The notes beneath the pieces were generated by a model. The model was given only the letters and a program-made list of their open reading frames with translations. It did no database searches and was not told the origin of the DNA. A program made the translations under genes and the position numbers. A DNA stretch of 63,945 nt, counting the filler, from Octopus bimaculoides (taxonomy: Eukaryota): assembly GCF_001194135.2 (NCBI RefSeq). It is 8 parts of 8 records of this genome, joined end to end, with 100 filler letters (N's around TTAATTAATTAA, not from the genome) between each part and the next. Parts side by side here need not be neighbours in the genome. Positions count along the whole stretch, not along the records: positions 20,800 to 38,165 come from NC_068992.1; 7 more parts are not named here. One strand, 5' to 3'. Positions within the stretch are counted from its first letter, which is position 1. Every line of letters starts with the position of its first letter. Shown here piece after piece: positions 23,795-36,245 of this stretch.

Positions 23795-24704
23795 GTATGT
23801 CTTTACCTTTTCTTATTATATATGTATCATTATAGGTGCAGGCATGACTGTGTGATTTTAAAGTTTGTTTTCCAGCCACATGATTTGGGTTCAGACCCAC
23901 TGCATGGCACTTAGGGCAAGTGTCTTCTACTACAGGTCGGCCAAAGCCTTGTAATGGATTTGGTAGATGGAAACTGAAAGAAGCCTCTTGTGTGTGTGTG
24001 TGCTACTGTCTTGTTGCCTTGACATCATTTGATAGTTGTAAACAAGTGTCACCATCATGCAAGCTGTGTCCTTTGCAATCTTTCTGTGAAAACTTGTTTT
24101 TATGAGGAAATATTACTTCTCTACAGCTGGATGCCTTTCCTGCCATGTTGGCAACAGGAAGGGCATCCAGCTGTAGAAACTCTTTCTCAACAAATTCCAT
24201 CCAACCCATGCAAGTATGGAAAAGTGGAGGTTAAGATGATGATAATATGTAAATACTTACCCAGGTGGTGAGCTGGCAGAATGTTTAGCAGCATTTTCAT
24301 CTGTCTTTATGTTCTGAGTTCAAATTCTACTGAGGTCAACTTTACCTTTTATCTTTTTGGGGGTCGGTAAAATAAGTAACAGTTGATGTAATTGACTTGA
24401 CACTGCTCCCACTCTGTCCTAAATTTAGGCCTTGTGCCTGGAGTAGAAAGGATATATAAATTCTTACTCCTTGCTTCACTCTTTGCAAAAGAGGGAACCT
24501 GCCTCCTAGAAATAACTACAATGTTACAATGCATGTGTGGTCAATTAGTCAGCTGGAGGCTGTAGTAAACAGCAATGTGCCACATGGCTGCTAAGCACAC
24601 TTGTTAACCACACAGCCATGCCTGCACCTCTATATTGAAATGGTTCTTTGCTAACTGACAGTTTCCTTTTTATTACAAAGTCTTTTATTTATTTTTACTG
24701 TCAG

Positions 24705-25089
24705 ACAATTGCGGAAATGGATCATGAACAAAAAACAACAGAATCTTGATTTGAAGACCGGGATCCTTGGACCAGTTCCAAACGGTAGCACTGTCACAAA
24801 TGTAACGATTCCAGTCACTGGCAACTGCCGCCAGTTGACAGATAAGCAGAGGTTAAAGCAACAACAGCTCTACAACCAAAAGCTCTTCAATGACTTTCAG
24901 GAATACCAGAAAATGAAAGATGGAAAAATAAATACTGGCCAAGTTTCAGCCAATAATAGTGGTGGCAGTAAGCTGATGTCTGGCAATGGAGACAGTAATC
25001 ACCTAGCCACAGAAACAGTCAACACTAAATACCAAAGGAACCGGATTCAACAAACAGCCTCACCAAAACAACATTATAAGAAAATACTT
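24705..25089 (+). CDS. DCP2: DCP2 coding exon (385 nt; QLRKW helix then N/Q/S-rich disordered region)
   Basis: tgtcag acceptor, phase 2 start gives K-QLRKWIMNKK (human RPLRDWL). Open to ...HYKKIL, GTAAGT donor at 25090. Confidence 0.88.
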
Positions 25090-25586
25090 GTAAGTGCAAC
25101 TTCATCGTTTTTGATATTGTTGTATCATCTTGTTGTTGTCTTGCATCTGTTTTGCCATTCTTCAAATAATCTCTAATCAAGCAGAGCTAAGATCAGAGGC
25201 ATTCCAGCTATGGCTATCATGTCTTTTAGCCAGACATTGATTGAGTTTGTATTTAAAATTACTGCCTTGGACAATGTCTCACTTGTACTGGAACTTAGTC
25301 TTTATAATCTGTTGCTCAGTTTATATACCATTGGGTTGTTTTAGCAGAGTCTACTCTGTTGCAAGCATTCACACCATGTATCTCGTTTGAGGGCACCTTC
25401 TTTCCACCTTCCATCCCATCAGCCTCAAAAGACTTGTAAAAGGTCCTCTGCACTTCCTTTCCTCACTAAGCAATAAAAGGCAATGTACAAGCCATACAAC
25501 ACATCTTATATGATGGAGGTGGCTTTGTGCCAGATGAAGAGAAGTTAGGGTATGAATGGCTAGTCCACATTACTCCAGAAGAAGCA

Positions 25587-25621
25587 TAGGGTTAGGGTTA
25601 GGGTTAGGGTTAGGGTTAGGG
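25587..25621 (+). repeat. Interstitial telomeric array TAGGG(TTAGGG)5 in a DCP2 intron
   Basis: Perfect TTAGGG repeats, read directly. Confidence 0.95.
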
Positions 25622-25959
25622 TTTCCTGGTTTCACTGCTGTATATACATGGATCTGGTAAGCTGCAGAGTTGTACCTAGTTTCAATGTCAGCTTTGGCAT
25701 GGTTTCTATGGCTGGATGCCCTTCCCAATGCCAACCACATTACAGTGTGTAATGGGTGCTTTTTTTCATGCCACCAGCACTAGCAAGGTTGCTAAGTAAC
25801 TAGCAGGACAGGAAAAGAATAGGAAACAGTTTAATCAAATTAAAAATAAATTTATTTTATTGACAAATATCAACTCAAGCTACTTTCCTAAGTATTTACT
25901 TTCTCTTTTAATAATTCTCTCTTTTTTGCTATTTCTGATGACATTTTTTTCTGTTTCAG

Positions 25960-25978
25960 ACTCGAGACAAAGATGATG
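25960..25978 (+). CDS. DCP2: DCP2 19-nt microexon (TRDKDD-G)
   Basis: Strong acceptor tttttttctgtttcAG and donor G|GTAAGT. Converts phase 0 to phase 1, which is exactly what puts the terminal exon in its conserved frame. Confidence 0.8.
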
Positions 25979-26519
25979 GTAAGTCTCATTTTTTGGTGAT
26001 TTTCTCTCAGTACCTTTTATAATGTTGTTCTTCTGTCAGTCCAGTCCTTGTTAACTACATGCTCAATCAACCACCCACATAGCCACACAAGCTAGCACAT
26101 CATCATCATCGTTTAACGTCCGCTTTCCATGCTGGCATGGGTTGGACAGCTTGACAGGAGCTGGCAAGGCCAGGGACCACACCGGGTGACATAGGCTGTT
26201 TTTGGCTTGGCTTCTACAACTGTATGCCCTTCCTAACACCACACTCTTTACAGAGTGTACGAGGTACTTTTTATGTGGAACCAGCATCAGTGCTTTTTTG
26301 CATGTCTTTCATTTCCAATATTTTGTGGAAACATCTGGCTGTGGGGAAATATTACCTTAGAAGCAGGTCAGTGTTGGTGACAAGAAGGGCATCAGGTTGT
26401 AGAAAATTTGCCTCAGCAAATTCCATCTATCCCATGCAAGTGTGGAAAAGTAGACATTAAAACATGGATAATCAACACATTAGATTTAAAAAAAGCAAAC
26501 AATATTCAAACAATATTTG

Positions 26520-26690
26520 GCGTTAGGAAGGGAATCCAGCTGTAGAATTGGCATTAGGAAGGGCATCCAGCTGTAGAAACTCTGCCAAATCAGATTGGAG
26601 CCTGGTGTAGCCATCTGGTTCCACCAGTCCTCAGTCAAATCGTCCAACCCATGCTAGCATGGAAAGCGGACGTTAAATGAGGATGATGAT
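26520..26690 (+). mobile_element. RTE-type 3' tail element (SINE or LINE end). Related copies at ~21830-22100, 23990-24245, 25690-25810(-), 26095-26260(-), 61780-62110
   Basis: ggcattaggaagggcatccagctgtagaaac...ccaacccatgctagcatggaaagcggacgttaaa(tga)n tail. Confidence 0.7.
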
Positions 26691-27091
26691 TCAATGAATG
26701 CTAACCTGTAGCTACAACCAACCAAAGAAAGACCATGTGATTGATTGCCATAAAATCATTCACAAATACATTTCTACTTGTGAACTATAGATATGCCTCT
26801 ATCTTTTTGACTACTACTACTACTACAGCTATATGAGGTCACTTATAAACCCACTCCAAAGTCTGATCTACAATCCTGCTTTGCCCCCTCTTTATCTGTT
26901 CTCCTGCTATTACAGGGGTCCCTGTCAACTCACTGTCTTTCTTCAAACTATCGTTTACATTTTTCTCTTTTTTTTTTTGTTTTTAAACTTTTCTTTTAAT
27001 TATTTTGTAATTGGAACAAAAGTGGAAAACTGATTCAGTAAATATTTTGAAATATTTTCCCATTTTTTGCTTTTTGTTATTTTAATTTCAG

Positions 27092-27174
27092 GGTACAGCT
27101 TGTCTGAGATCACATTAACCAAAGCTCACTCTTGGACCAATTTTAAACTAAATTTCGAAGCGTTATGGACATGA
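27092..27174 (+). CDS. DCP2: DCP2 terminal coding exon (GYSLSEITLTKAHSWTNFKLNFEALWT*)
   Basis: tttaatttcag acceptor, TGA at 27172-74. SWTNFKLNFEAL resembles the aromatic C-terminal motif of metazoan DCP2 (human AFLSFKFDHNAIM). Summed exons are 980 nt = 2 + 326 codons, so the frame is consistent. Confidence 0.87.
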
Positions 27175-29199
27175 ACTTTGCCGCTCTTAAAGTCTTTCTT
27201 TTTGTTAGCTCTGGTTTAACAAATGGAAGGAACGAAAAAGAATGATTATATATGCAAGTAAAGAAATGAAATGTCTGAGAAGTTTGCCTGCAGCATCACA
27301 ATTGTAACAGTGTTGGCATTTAGAATGGCAAAAATTCTTTGGAATTAGGAAGAAAACAAAACAAAACAAAACAGGTTTGCTGGAAAAGGTTACCATATTA
27401 TGTCACTCACTTGTAATAAGATTGGCTGTGTGTCCATCCAGTTAAAATTTAATTTTTCTGATTGAATAGAATTCACGAGAGAACACTGTATTGAGAGCTC
27501 TGCAGGCTGGCTGCTGTGTATTGGAGGTTTTGATTTGAAAACATTTTATCAACATCATGTCTTTGTCTTCAAAATAAGTTTCATCCAGCCAACAATTTTA
27601 AAGTCTCTTCATAAATTTTATTAATTTAAACAAGAAACAACAAAAACAACAATTCATATAGTATAAATGATTATTCCAAATCTATGTTAATATTTTTTTT
27701 TGTCTAAATACCTCAAGTATTATTTTTAAATAATATATTTCTATTTATTTCTACAATTTGTTAAAACTTGACTGTCAATAGAATACCATATATACCTCAG
27801 TTATTCAATAGGCTTATACATACACATATGTGTGTATATGTATAAGCCTGTTGAATATATATATATATATATATATAGTGTATGTAATGTGAAACATATT
27901 CTCATGAGTGCATGTTCTTGCATATACACACTCATGCGTACAACAGGAAAGATTTTGTCTGGTAGAATTAAATGAAGCAATGCTAGATAATGGTATATTT
28001 AACATATTTTGTATCAGAACCATGTACTCTTCATGTCATCTTGCCAAACTCAAAACTAAAATTTTGTTCCATAGATATTGGTATGGGATTGGTTAATTCT
28101 TAGACAGAGCAAGAGATTATTATAATTGTTGGAGGCTTTTTAGAAATCATTTTTGTTGTTTATTAGGATGGTTTTAGCACTGTTGTTGACAGGTCATGTT
28201 GGTAGGTTTCTGTGTGTGTGTGTGTTCATTTCATTTGTAAACTGCCATATTGCTATTTAAACCAGCACATACACACACACTCCCCCACATATATAATATC
28301 AATATAATATACATGATATCATATGATATAATATGTATGTATTTGTGTACGTGTGTGTGTGCGTGTATATATATATATATATATATATATAATGTACTGT
28401 AATGGTTACTCTCATCCATTTCAATATATGAGTGTTTGAAGGAAAGGATTAAGGAAAAATGCAAAGGGATTAAAAATAAAAGAAGCTGTATTTGTTTGCG
28501 ATGGATGTGTGAATATAATTTGAGTTCAGGGATGGATTTTGCTCTGAAGTCACAAGGGGTGGGGGTGGGGGGCACTGATGATTTTGATTTTTGTCACATA
28601 TATATATATATATATATATATATACACGCACAAACACACACACACACATCTCATTATGTTTGCTATAGATTGAATCATACATCCACACATTCACATTTTT
28701 ATGTCTATTGAAATTTATTTTAAATTGATTTTATTTCAATTTTCAAATTCGTGATTACAGGGTATTTGTTTATCATCGTTAAATTTTTACTCCATCCTCC
28801 ACCCTGTCTCGTAGTCTTTCCATTTATTAATTTTTTTTTTAGACATATTTTCTAAATACATCGAAAGACAATCTTGTGAATTTCAAAATTCATTTGTACC
28901 CATTATTTTAAAGATGTGTGAGGGAATAAGAGCAGTTTGTTCTTATTCTTGATCTATTGTGAGATATGGCTGGACTGACTTTCCCTTCACGCACTCTGAA
29001 GACAAAACCTTCATTGCTAACCTAGTCACCCATCATGCATTACAAGAAACTTCCATTTCATATTTCTCTTTCTCTGTATGTGTGTGTAAATGTGACTGCT
29101 GGTGTTCTGGAAGTTTCATTGTTTTCACAATTGATGTGGGATATATTTTCATCTCATTCATAATTCCAAAAAAGACTTTCATCTTTTTTTGTAGATTTT

Positions 29200-32100
29200 G
29201 TTTCCAACATTTCTGTAACTTCCACAATATACACAAGAGGAAGGTCTATACCTAGCTCATTGCAATTTACTCAAAATATCAATGTATGCTAAGGATATGT
29301 GTGCTTTTATAATGAAGGTTCTAGTTGGCCAGTTCTTAACTAAGTTGTTACCCATCGCTATGCTGCTGGTAAAAATATCTGTTAATCATGCATGTACATT
29401 CATAAATTGTTCAAATAATGTTTAAATTGACCTTCTCGTGAAGATTAAGAACAGGTTGAACAATAACATTTATTTAAAATACTTGAGCAATATTTCAATA
29501 TAAACAACATTCCTTGTTAAAGTTCTTTTTCTATCATTTTGTCTCTTCTTGGTTGTGCTGCCAAATTCTGTTTGGTCTGCATATATGCATTGGTTTTCAG
29601 GGTCTCCCACTGCTGTTAGCAACATAAAAGTGTCCGTATACGAACACTAGATCAGATAGATACAGTCCACATCTTTCTAAACTTTGTCCTTGACTCTTAT
29701 TAAGTGACATGAGAAAATTGCAATCTTTGTAGAGTGGCTGGTAAGTCTGTTTCAGAGGGCTAAAGAGGAATTCAAGAAAAGGTCAGTACTGTTCCAGTAT
29801 CAACACTGTTGACTTGTCCTTTAAAAGTCAGTAAAGTGTCAGTAATGTTGAGTACCGTGTAGTGAGTACTATTGCAGTGACCTTGAATATGATCCTATTT
29901 TTTGTAATAACATTACTGGAGCTCCAATCTTGATCTTGATTGTGTGAGGAGGATGACAATATATAATTAGTGAATTCAAAAATTCTGGAGGATAGAGAAA
30001 AGATAGATTTTTCTTCTGCCACTGAATCTATACTTCCTGCAGTTTTACCATAATTTTGTCATTTAGCTTATCAACTTTATCACTTTTTTGTTGTTAAAAT
30101 TGCTCTTGAAGACATCCACTGCTCATTTGTGTAGTACATTGGTAAATTGGCAAAAGAAATTCAAATAACTCTTCTTTGGAACTGGCTGTCATGGAAAATG
30201 AAATTATAATGACATCTTTAAATAAGAGATCACCATCAAGTGTTGGGAATCCTTCCTTTGCTTAGTTCCACGAACCAATTTGCATGCTGATTTAGCCGAT
30301 TATATGTATTAATATCATTGTTATTCAGACAATTTAGAACTCTTGTATTTGTCTATGGATGCAAGACTTTGCAATCACTCCAAAGTAAAGATCTTTTTAT
30401 GCATGTGTTAATAAGTGAAAGCCAAATGGCTTTGAGATTTACAAGAAGAATTTGTTGTGAATCTCCACCAAGGACCAATAATTTTCCTTCCAGGAATTGC
30501 TTATTGTTCATGAGATCCTGAAGTGTGCAATTTAAAGTTTCAAGATATCAGTGGCACATTGGGGCTCCATCCCTCACCAACAGCTGAGCATTGTATAGAA
30601 GGCACCCAGTTGCATCATTAGGCAAAAAGAAAACACATTGAAGTTGATATTACTAGAATGTGGAACTTGAAGCAGGAATGAACTGTGCAACCGAGCTTTA
30701 GCAGTGATATCAAAGGAAGCTGTAGCAAGGGCAATTCCACTTTTTTTATGAACATAAGACAGCAGTAAGTTTAACCGGAGCGTCTTGCCTGTTCCTCCTG
30801 GAGCATCAATAAATAGCAAATTCCCTTCATTGTTGTCAATTTTTGTTTTCACTGTTTCAAAGCCAATCCTCTGTTCATTGTTGAGCATGTCAGTGCGATG
30901 ATGGTTGTAGGCTTCTGTTGAAGGATCTATTTTTTCTTGATTGACAGATGCAGTTAGTTCAGCGACAAGTAAATCATAATCATCTGTTAAATGGTAATAC
31001 TGAATTAATTGATGATTCAGCACAACACAGCATGTCATTAACAGCTGCTTCTGTTGCCAGCTTGGAAGTCATTGTTTCTCTTCTATAATGCAGAAAGTCT
31101 TCAGACAGATTATTATAGAACGTGTTATATAATGTTAGAGGCTTAGATGCATAATGGAGGTGAAGAATTGTCTCAAATAACTTTCTGAGCTGGTTAGAAG
31201 ACTAAGTTACAGTTGCCTCATTTATGCACACTTTTCATTCTTGGTCATTTTCAAGAAGATTCATAGACTAACACACATGTTTAAAGCTTTCACATGTTAC
31301 ATTGACTGTCAGCAGATCTTCAAAACTTGTAACTCCAATCCTATGAAAAAGCAACAATCTCATAGAGAAGAGTTCTCCCTGAGACGGATGGACAGAGTGA
31401 ACTCTACCAATTGTCTGTGGTATTCCTTTTGGTTGCCTTACTCTCCTTTGCCAGGTCTTACTTGATGACTGCCGTATATAAAACTCAGGCAAGTTATAAC
31501 AGAGAATACTTCTTGCTTTTGGATCTTCATGATTCTTAGCAAAGTAAGCAGTGAGTTTAGTTGTTTGAGCTTGCTGTAAAGCATATTCCAGGTCGTTTAT
31601 ATTGAAAACGACAAATGATTGATTGGGCAAGTGAATCTGAAGGCATTCAACAGGACTTCTTTTGTTGAATTAGAAGTTCAAAAAATCTCCATGTTTCATA
31701 ATTTGTGATCTTGTCTTGTGTTGCATTGCCATTCATCATTAATATGAACTTTGTATGTCTGTTGTAGCCAGGTGTTATAGAGGACCAAGTGTCCATCTAT
31801 CATGTATTTCTTCATCAAACTGAATAGAACAGCTGTATCGCGAAGTTCAGCAAAGACAACTTTGTCAATTCCTTGCCATGAATTGTGACCGTTTTCTATT
31901 ATAAATAGAAAGTGACAATGAGGTAGACCTCTTTTTTTGAAATTCAATTGTGCTCACATAAGCCACTAACTTTTCCAAAACTATGGATTCCATGTCCTCT
32001 AGCAGTTGCTGTTGCTTCATTTTGAAAACTTGTGCTGTTTTGGCAGGACAATCCACAGCAGTTTGATCTGAGTTTAGTTCTCTTGTTATTTCTTCCCTTT

Positions 32101-34230
32101 TTGGATTACTGATAAAGCTGACAAATAATGTAGGCTTTCCAAATTTCCTTATTTCTTGGTAGTGTTTTGCCATATATCTTTGGTTTCCAGTAAATATATC
32201 AAGTCATCCCATAAGTTCTCTCCAAATTTTGAATAAAGAAAACAAGTGATCAAATGTTATATTTAATTGAAATTCTATCATCAATGTACTTTCCCTGATT
32301 ATCTATGACTTCCTTCCATCTATTTACAAGCTTTTTAATCCCATCAATGTAAAACTCTTTTGGTTTCAAAGCGAAGAACTCTGAAATGTCAGTTTCGACC
32401 TCCTCCTGGCTTGCGAAAGTTATGTCCCCCAAATGATTCTGTAAACTACGAAGCAAATGGTAGTCTGAAGGAGCAAGGTCGGGNNNNNNNNNNNNNNNNN
32501 NNNNNNNNNNNNNNNNNNNNNNNNNNNNNNNNNNNNNNNNNNNNNNNNNNNNNNNNNNNNNNNNNNNNNNNNNNNNNNNNNNNNNNNNNNNNNNNNNNNN
32601 NNNNNNNNNNNNNNNNNNNNNNNNNNNNNNNNNNNNNNNNNNNNNNNNNNNNNNNNNNNNNNNNNNNNNNNNNNNNNNNNNNNNNNNNNNNNNNNNNNNN
32701 NNNNNNNNNNNNNNNNNNNNNNNNNNNNNNNNNNNNNNNNNNNNNNNNNNNNNNNNNNNNNNNNNNNNNNNNNNNNNNNNNNNNNNNNNNNNNNNNNNNN
32801 NNNNNNNNNNNNNNNNNNNNNNNNNNNNNNNNNNNNNNNNNNNNNNNNNNNNNNNNNNNNNNNNNNNNNNNNNNNNNNNNNNNNNNNNNNNNNNNNNNNN
32901 NNNNNNNNNNNNNNNNNNNNNNNNNNNNNNNNNNNNNNNNNNNNNNNNNNNNNNNNNNNNNNNNNNNNNNNNNNNNNNNNNNNNNNNNNNNNNNNNNNNN
33001 NNNNNNNNNNNNNNNNNNNNNNNNNNNNNNNNNNNNNNNNNNNNNNNNNNNNNNNNNNNNNNNNNNNNNNNNNNNNNNNNNNNNNNNNNNNNNNNNNNNN
33101 NNNNNNNNNNNNNNNNNNNNNNNNNNNNNNNNNNNNNNNNNNNNNNNNNNNNNNNNNNNNNNNNNNNNNNNNNNNNNNNNNNNNNNNNNNNNNNNNNNNN
33201 NNNNNNNNNNNNNNNNNNNNNNNNNNNNNNNNNNNNNNNNNNNNNNNNNNNNNNNNNNNNNNNNNNNNNNNNNNNNNNNNNTCCCATAAACTGAGTATGT
33301 TTCGAGTCGCTTCGGCTGTAGAGTTTCCTTTTTTGTACTCATAAAGCATTATGTGCCTCAAATGCTCTTTGGATACTTCCATGTTAGAAAGGGTTTTAAT
33401 CAAAAAAATTTTAATTCTATTATTCTGTAAAATAATATTTAATTAGTTTAAATGTACACAAATGCATAAAAATAATTTTTAATTCCATTAGACATTCTAA
33501 AATACTATTAAATTTCATTCAATTTTAAAAAAGGTAAAATCGGACAGAACTTATGGGATGACCTGATACTTGGCAGAATGTATTGTCTTCCTGTTCAACC
33601 AGCTTCACCTGCTCTGACTGACTGCAAAACCATTATGCTGGCCAGCTAGTAGGCTCTGTTGATTGTTCTGAATATACGGCAAATGAGCTTGTTGAATTTT
33701 GGTGTTTTGATCTACACAGAACTGTTGAAATATATGCTGTCTATGATGCAAAATATTCTGTGAGCTTGCTTCCTTCATTATTCAAAATCAATAAAACAGA
33801 AGACAAGTCATTTTTCTGTTACCTCTTTGGTTTGGTATGTCAAGATGCCATCAGGAGAAAAGCATGGGTACATCATGGGATCATAGGCTTAATGAGAATC
33901 ACTAAATGTTTCCAGGCTTTGTTTTCTGCTTAGAACTTGCAGATCAACATTCTTCCAGTCTGATGAACTTCTTTTTCACTATCAGCTATCAACACAGCAA
34001 CTTCATTCCACATTGGTAAGTTATATTTTCTTGAGTGTTCATTCATTTTCACTCAAATATGTTCCCCGCATTGGTTTTTTTTTTATAAGGGGATGAGTAT
34101 AATCATTTTGATGAACTTGAGTGTGTTTCTAACATTATATTAACCATGGTGAAGTAAATGGCATAGTTGGTTCATTAGCTTCTGTGCTACCAGACCATGT
34201 CTCTTTACACAGTGTCTTAACATCAGGTTG
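29200..34230 (-). mobile_element. Decayed autonomous Helitron (RepHel), interrupted by a mariner at 32199-33566
   Basis: Colinear motifs: DPMMYP; GRQYILPS|IFTGNQRYM; FGKPTLFVSF..NP; IEFQK-RGLPHCHFL (HUH); LQIHLPNQ; TKLTAYF; IGRVHSVHPSQGELFSMRLLL; FIDAPGGTGKT (Walker A); DGAPM; GKLLVLGGDSQQIL. Many stops and frameshifts. Confidence 0.93.
32199..33566 (-). mobile_element. Mariner transposon, apparently full length (middle is an N gap)
   Basis: TIRs TCA(A/G)GTCATCCCATAAGTTCT, TA TSDs at 32197-98 and 33567-68. N-term MEVSKEHLRHIMLYEYKKGNSTAEATRNI, C-term PDLAPSDYHL...GIKKLVNRWKEVIDNQGKY. Confidence 0.95.
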
Positions 34231-34260
34231 GAATCAAAGTTCTCGCACAACTTTTATTAA

Positions 34261-34288
34261 CTAGCAGAGATACCCAGCGTTGCTCGGG
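34261..34288 (-). mobile_element. Helitron 3' terminus (same family as the 20400-20490 mini element); body extends to higher coordinates
   Basis: a|CTAGCAGAGATACCCAGCGTTGCTCGGG is the reverse complement of hairpin + CTAG|T. Confidence 0.75.
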
Positions 34289-36134
34289 ATTCAAATAGTA
34301 TAGTTTGCATATATATATTACAGTTATGTTGAAACAGGTGATATGGGAAAGTGCATTGTCATTTATGACTACAAGTCTGAAGTAAAAAGAGAGAAAGTAA
34401 GAGAATTTACCTCTTGCTGAGTAGAGAGGGTACAAGAAGAATGCTACCTGTGTGGCAAATGCCAAGTAGAGAAAGGGAGATACATCTTGACTCTTTGACA
34501 ACTATGGTGAAAGAAGGCAAGTATGTTACCTCTGCTACAGATTAAGCCAAGCAGGAAACAAGAACGAGAAAGAAAGAATTCTGTTAAGATTCTGTATTAA
34601 AAGCAATTCTTTAGCTAAGTGGGTCACAGCAAACAAAGATGTTGTTGGCTTATCCTAAGTTGAACTGAATTTCATCCCAGATGTTGAAGAAGTGGATAAG
34701 CTTATCTAAGTTGAATGGTGATGGACACAAGATAGACAGGAAGTTGACTGCTAACTTGTAAATCTGCAAGTGCCAATCCAAAAACAAAGGAATTTACAGA
34801 AGCATTCAGGCTGCAGTTTTAGTTGTCAGATGGGAATCCAGAAATTAATTTTTTCAGGAGTTTGATTCTCTACCAGTTATTGCAGTTCTGTAAGTTGTTT
34901 TTTTTTTTCTTTTTGGAGAAGTTTGACATTTATTCCTTTAGTTCAATCACTTGGAATGATGTCATTAATGATGATTCTAAAATGATCAAGCAGTATCTAT
35001 GTTATTGTGATGGTCTGCTGCGTGGGAGAAAAGTATCTATACTTTGTACTTTGCCATTTTTTTATAGCTTTCTTGATGTCAACCATTATATTACTGGTAC
35101 TTTATATTACTTCAGGAAACTTAGGAAGATACTGTTGATTGATCTTTTTTTCCTCATTGTATTTGTAACAGAGGCATCTGTCTAGCAGACTGTAGTGATT
35201 ACTTAATGATGATGATGAAGAGCATCTTCTGAAATGACTGTGAAATCTAATCCTTGATTTGTAGACTCTGATGCAGATTTGGCTGTGCTTCTTGTTAATT
35301 ATTATTCAATAATGAAATATAATGGGGTGCAGAATGAGGAGAAACAAAAAGAAATTAATTGAAACATGTTTTGTTTTTAATGTTTATCCTAGATGAACAC
35401 TCCAGAATTGAGCATTTAAATGCACTTAATCAAAAACAGAACAAAATATGTCTACTAATTCATTTTTCGTGTTTTCTACGAGAAAATAAAACCAATTCTA
35501 ATGTCAGAAAGTGAACATTATTAACCTTCTGTGTCAATTTCTTATTGTAGCAATTTAGGGCTCCATTTCACAGAATAAACTGTGATGTGTCCTGTCATGC
35601 AAAGCATGTTTAACCCTTTTGATACCCACCTACATGCAACCACCCGTGTTTCTATCATACAAATTCTGTTTTTAAGTAATCTAAAAACTTTCCATAAAAA
35701 TTCCATATTGATTCATTTTTCTAATCACAGCTTAATAATGAGTTATTTTACTAGATTCTTTATTACTTTCAAAATTAATTGAAACAAAAACAGTACATGT
35801 TGACAGAAAAACAGTTGCAACAAGATTAAAAGCATTACTTTTTTTCCATTTCATGGTTGTATTTATCATGAATTCATCTATAACTTCTCACTCTCAATTT
35901 TTTGGTTGTCTTAATTGTCAACCTCATAGTAATCATCATGTTCAAACATCCAGTTGACTTACCCAACTAGACATGGCTGTTGTAGACTGTCACTGAATAC
36001 ATCAGAGATCAAATAAACACAGAACAAGACCAAACTTTATCTTTTTGACGGTATTGGTAAAACCTTGTGAAATTCTTCCATTTAAAAAAAAAAGTTGTTC
36101 AGATTCCTCTGTAAATTATTGTTTACAGCATAAA

Positions 36135-36245
36135 CAATTCTCCCCTTATAAACTATTGGTGCAAGTAGTGACCTACTCTTATGAACTGTTGGTGTGGTCT
36201 ATATAGTGGCCAACTCTTCTTATGAACTATTGGCGGTGTCTATGT
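36135..36245 (+). repeat. Short degenerate tandem repeat (CTTATGAACTATTGG core x3)
   Basis: cttataaactattggtg / cttatgaactgttggtg / cttatgaactattggcg. Confidence 0.65.

Noticed and set aside
24252-24275. ATACTTACC resembling the U1 snRNA 5' end
   Set aside because: Only 9 nt match, followed by SINE family B sequence. No U1 stem-loops or Sm site.
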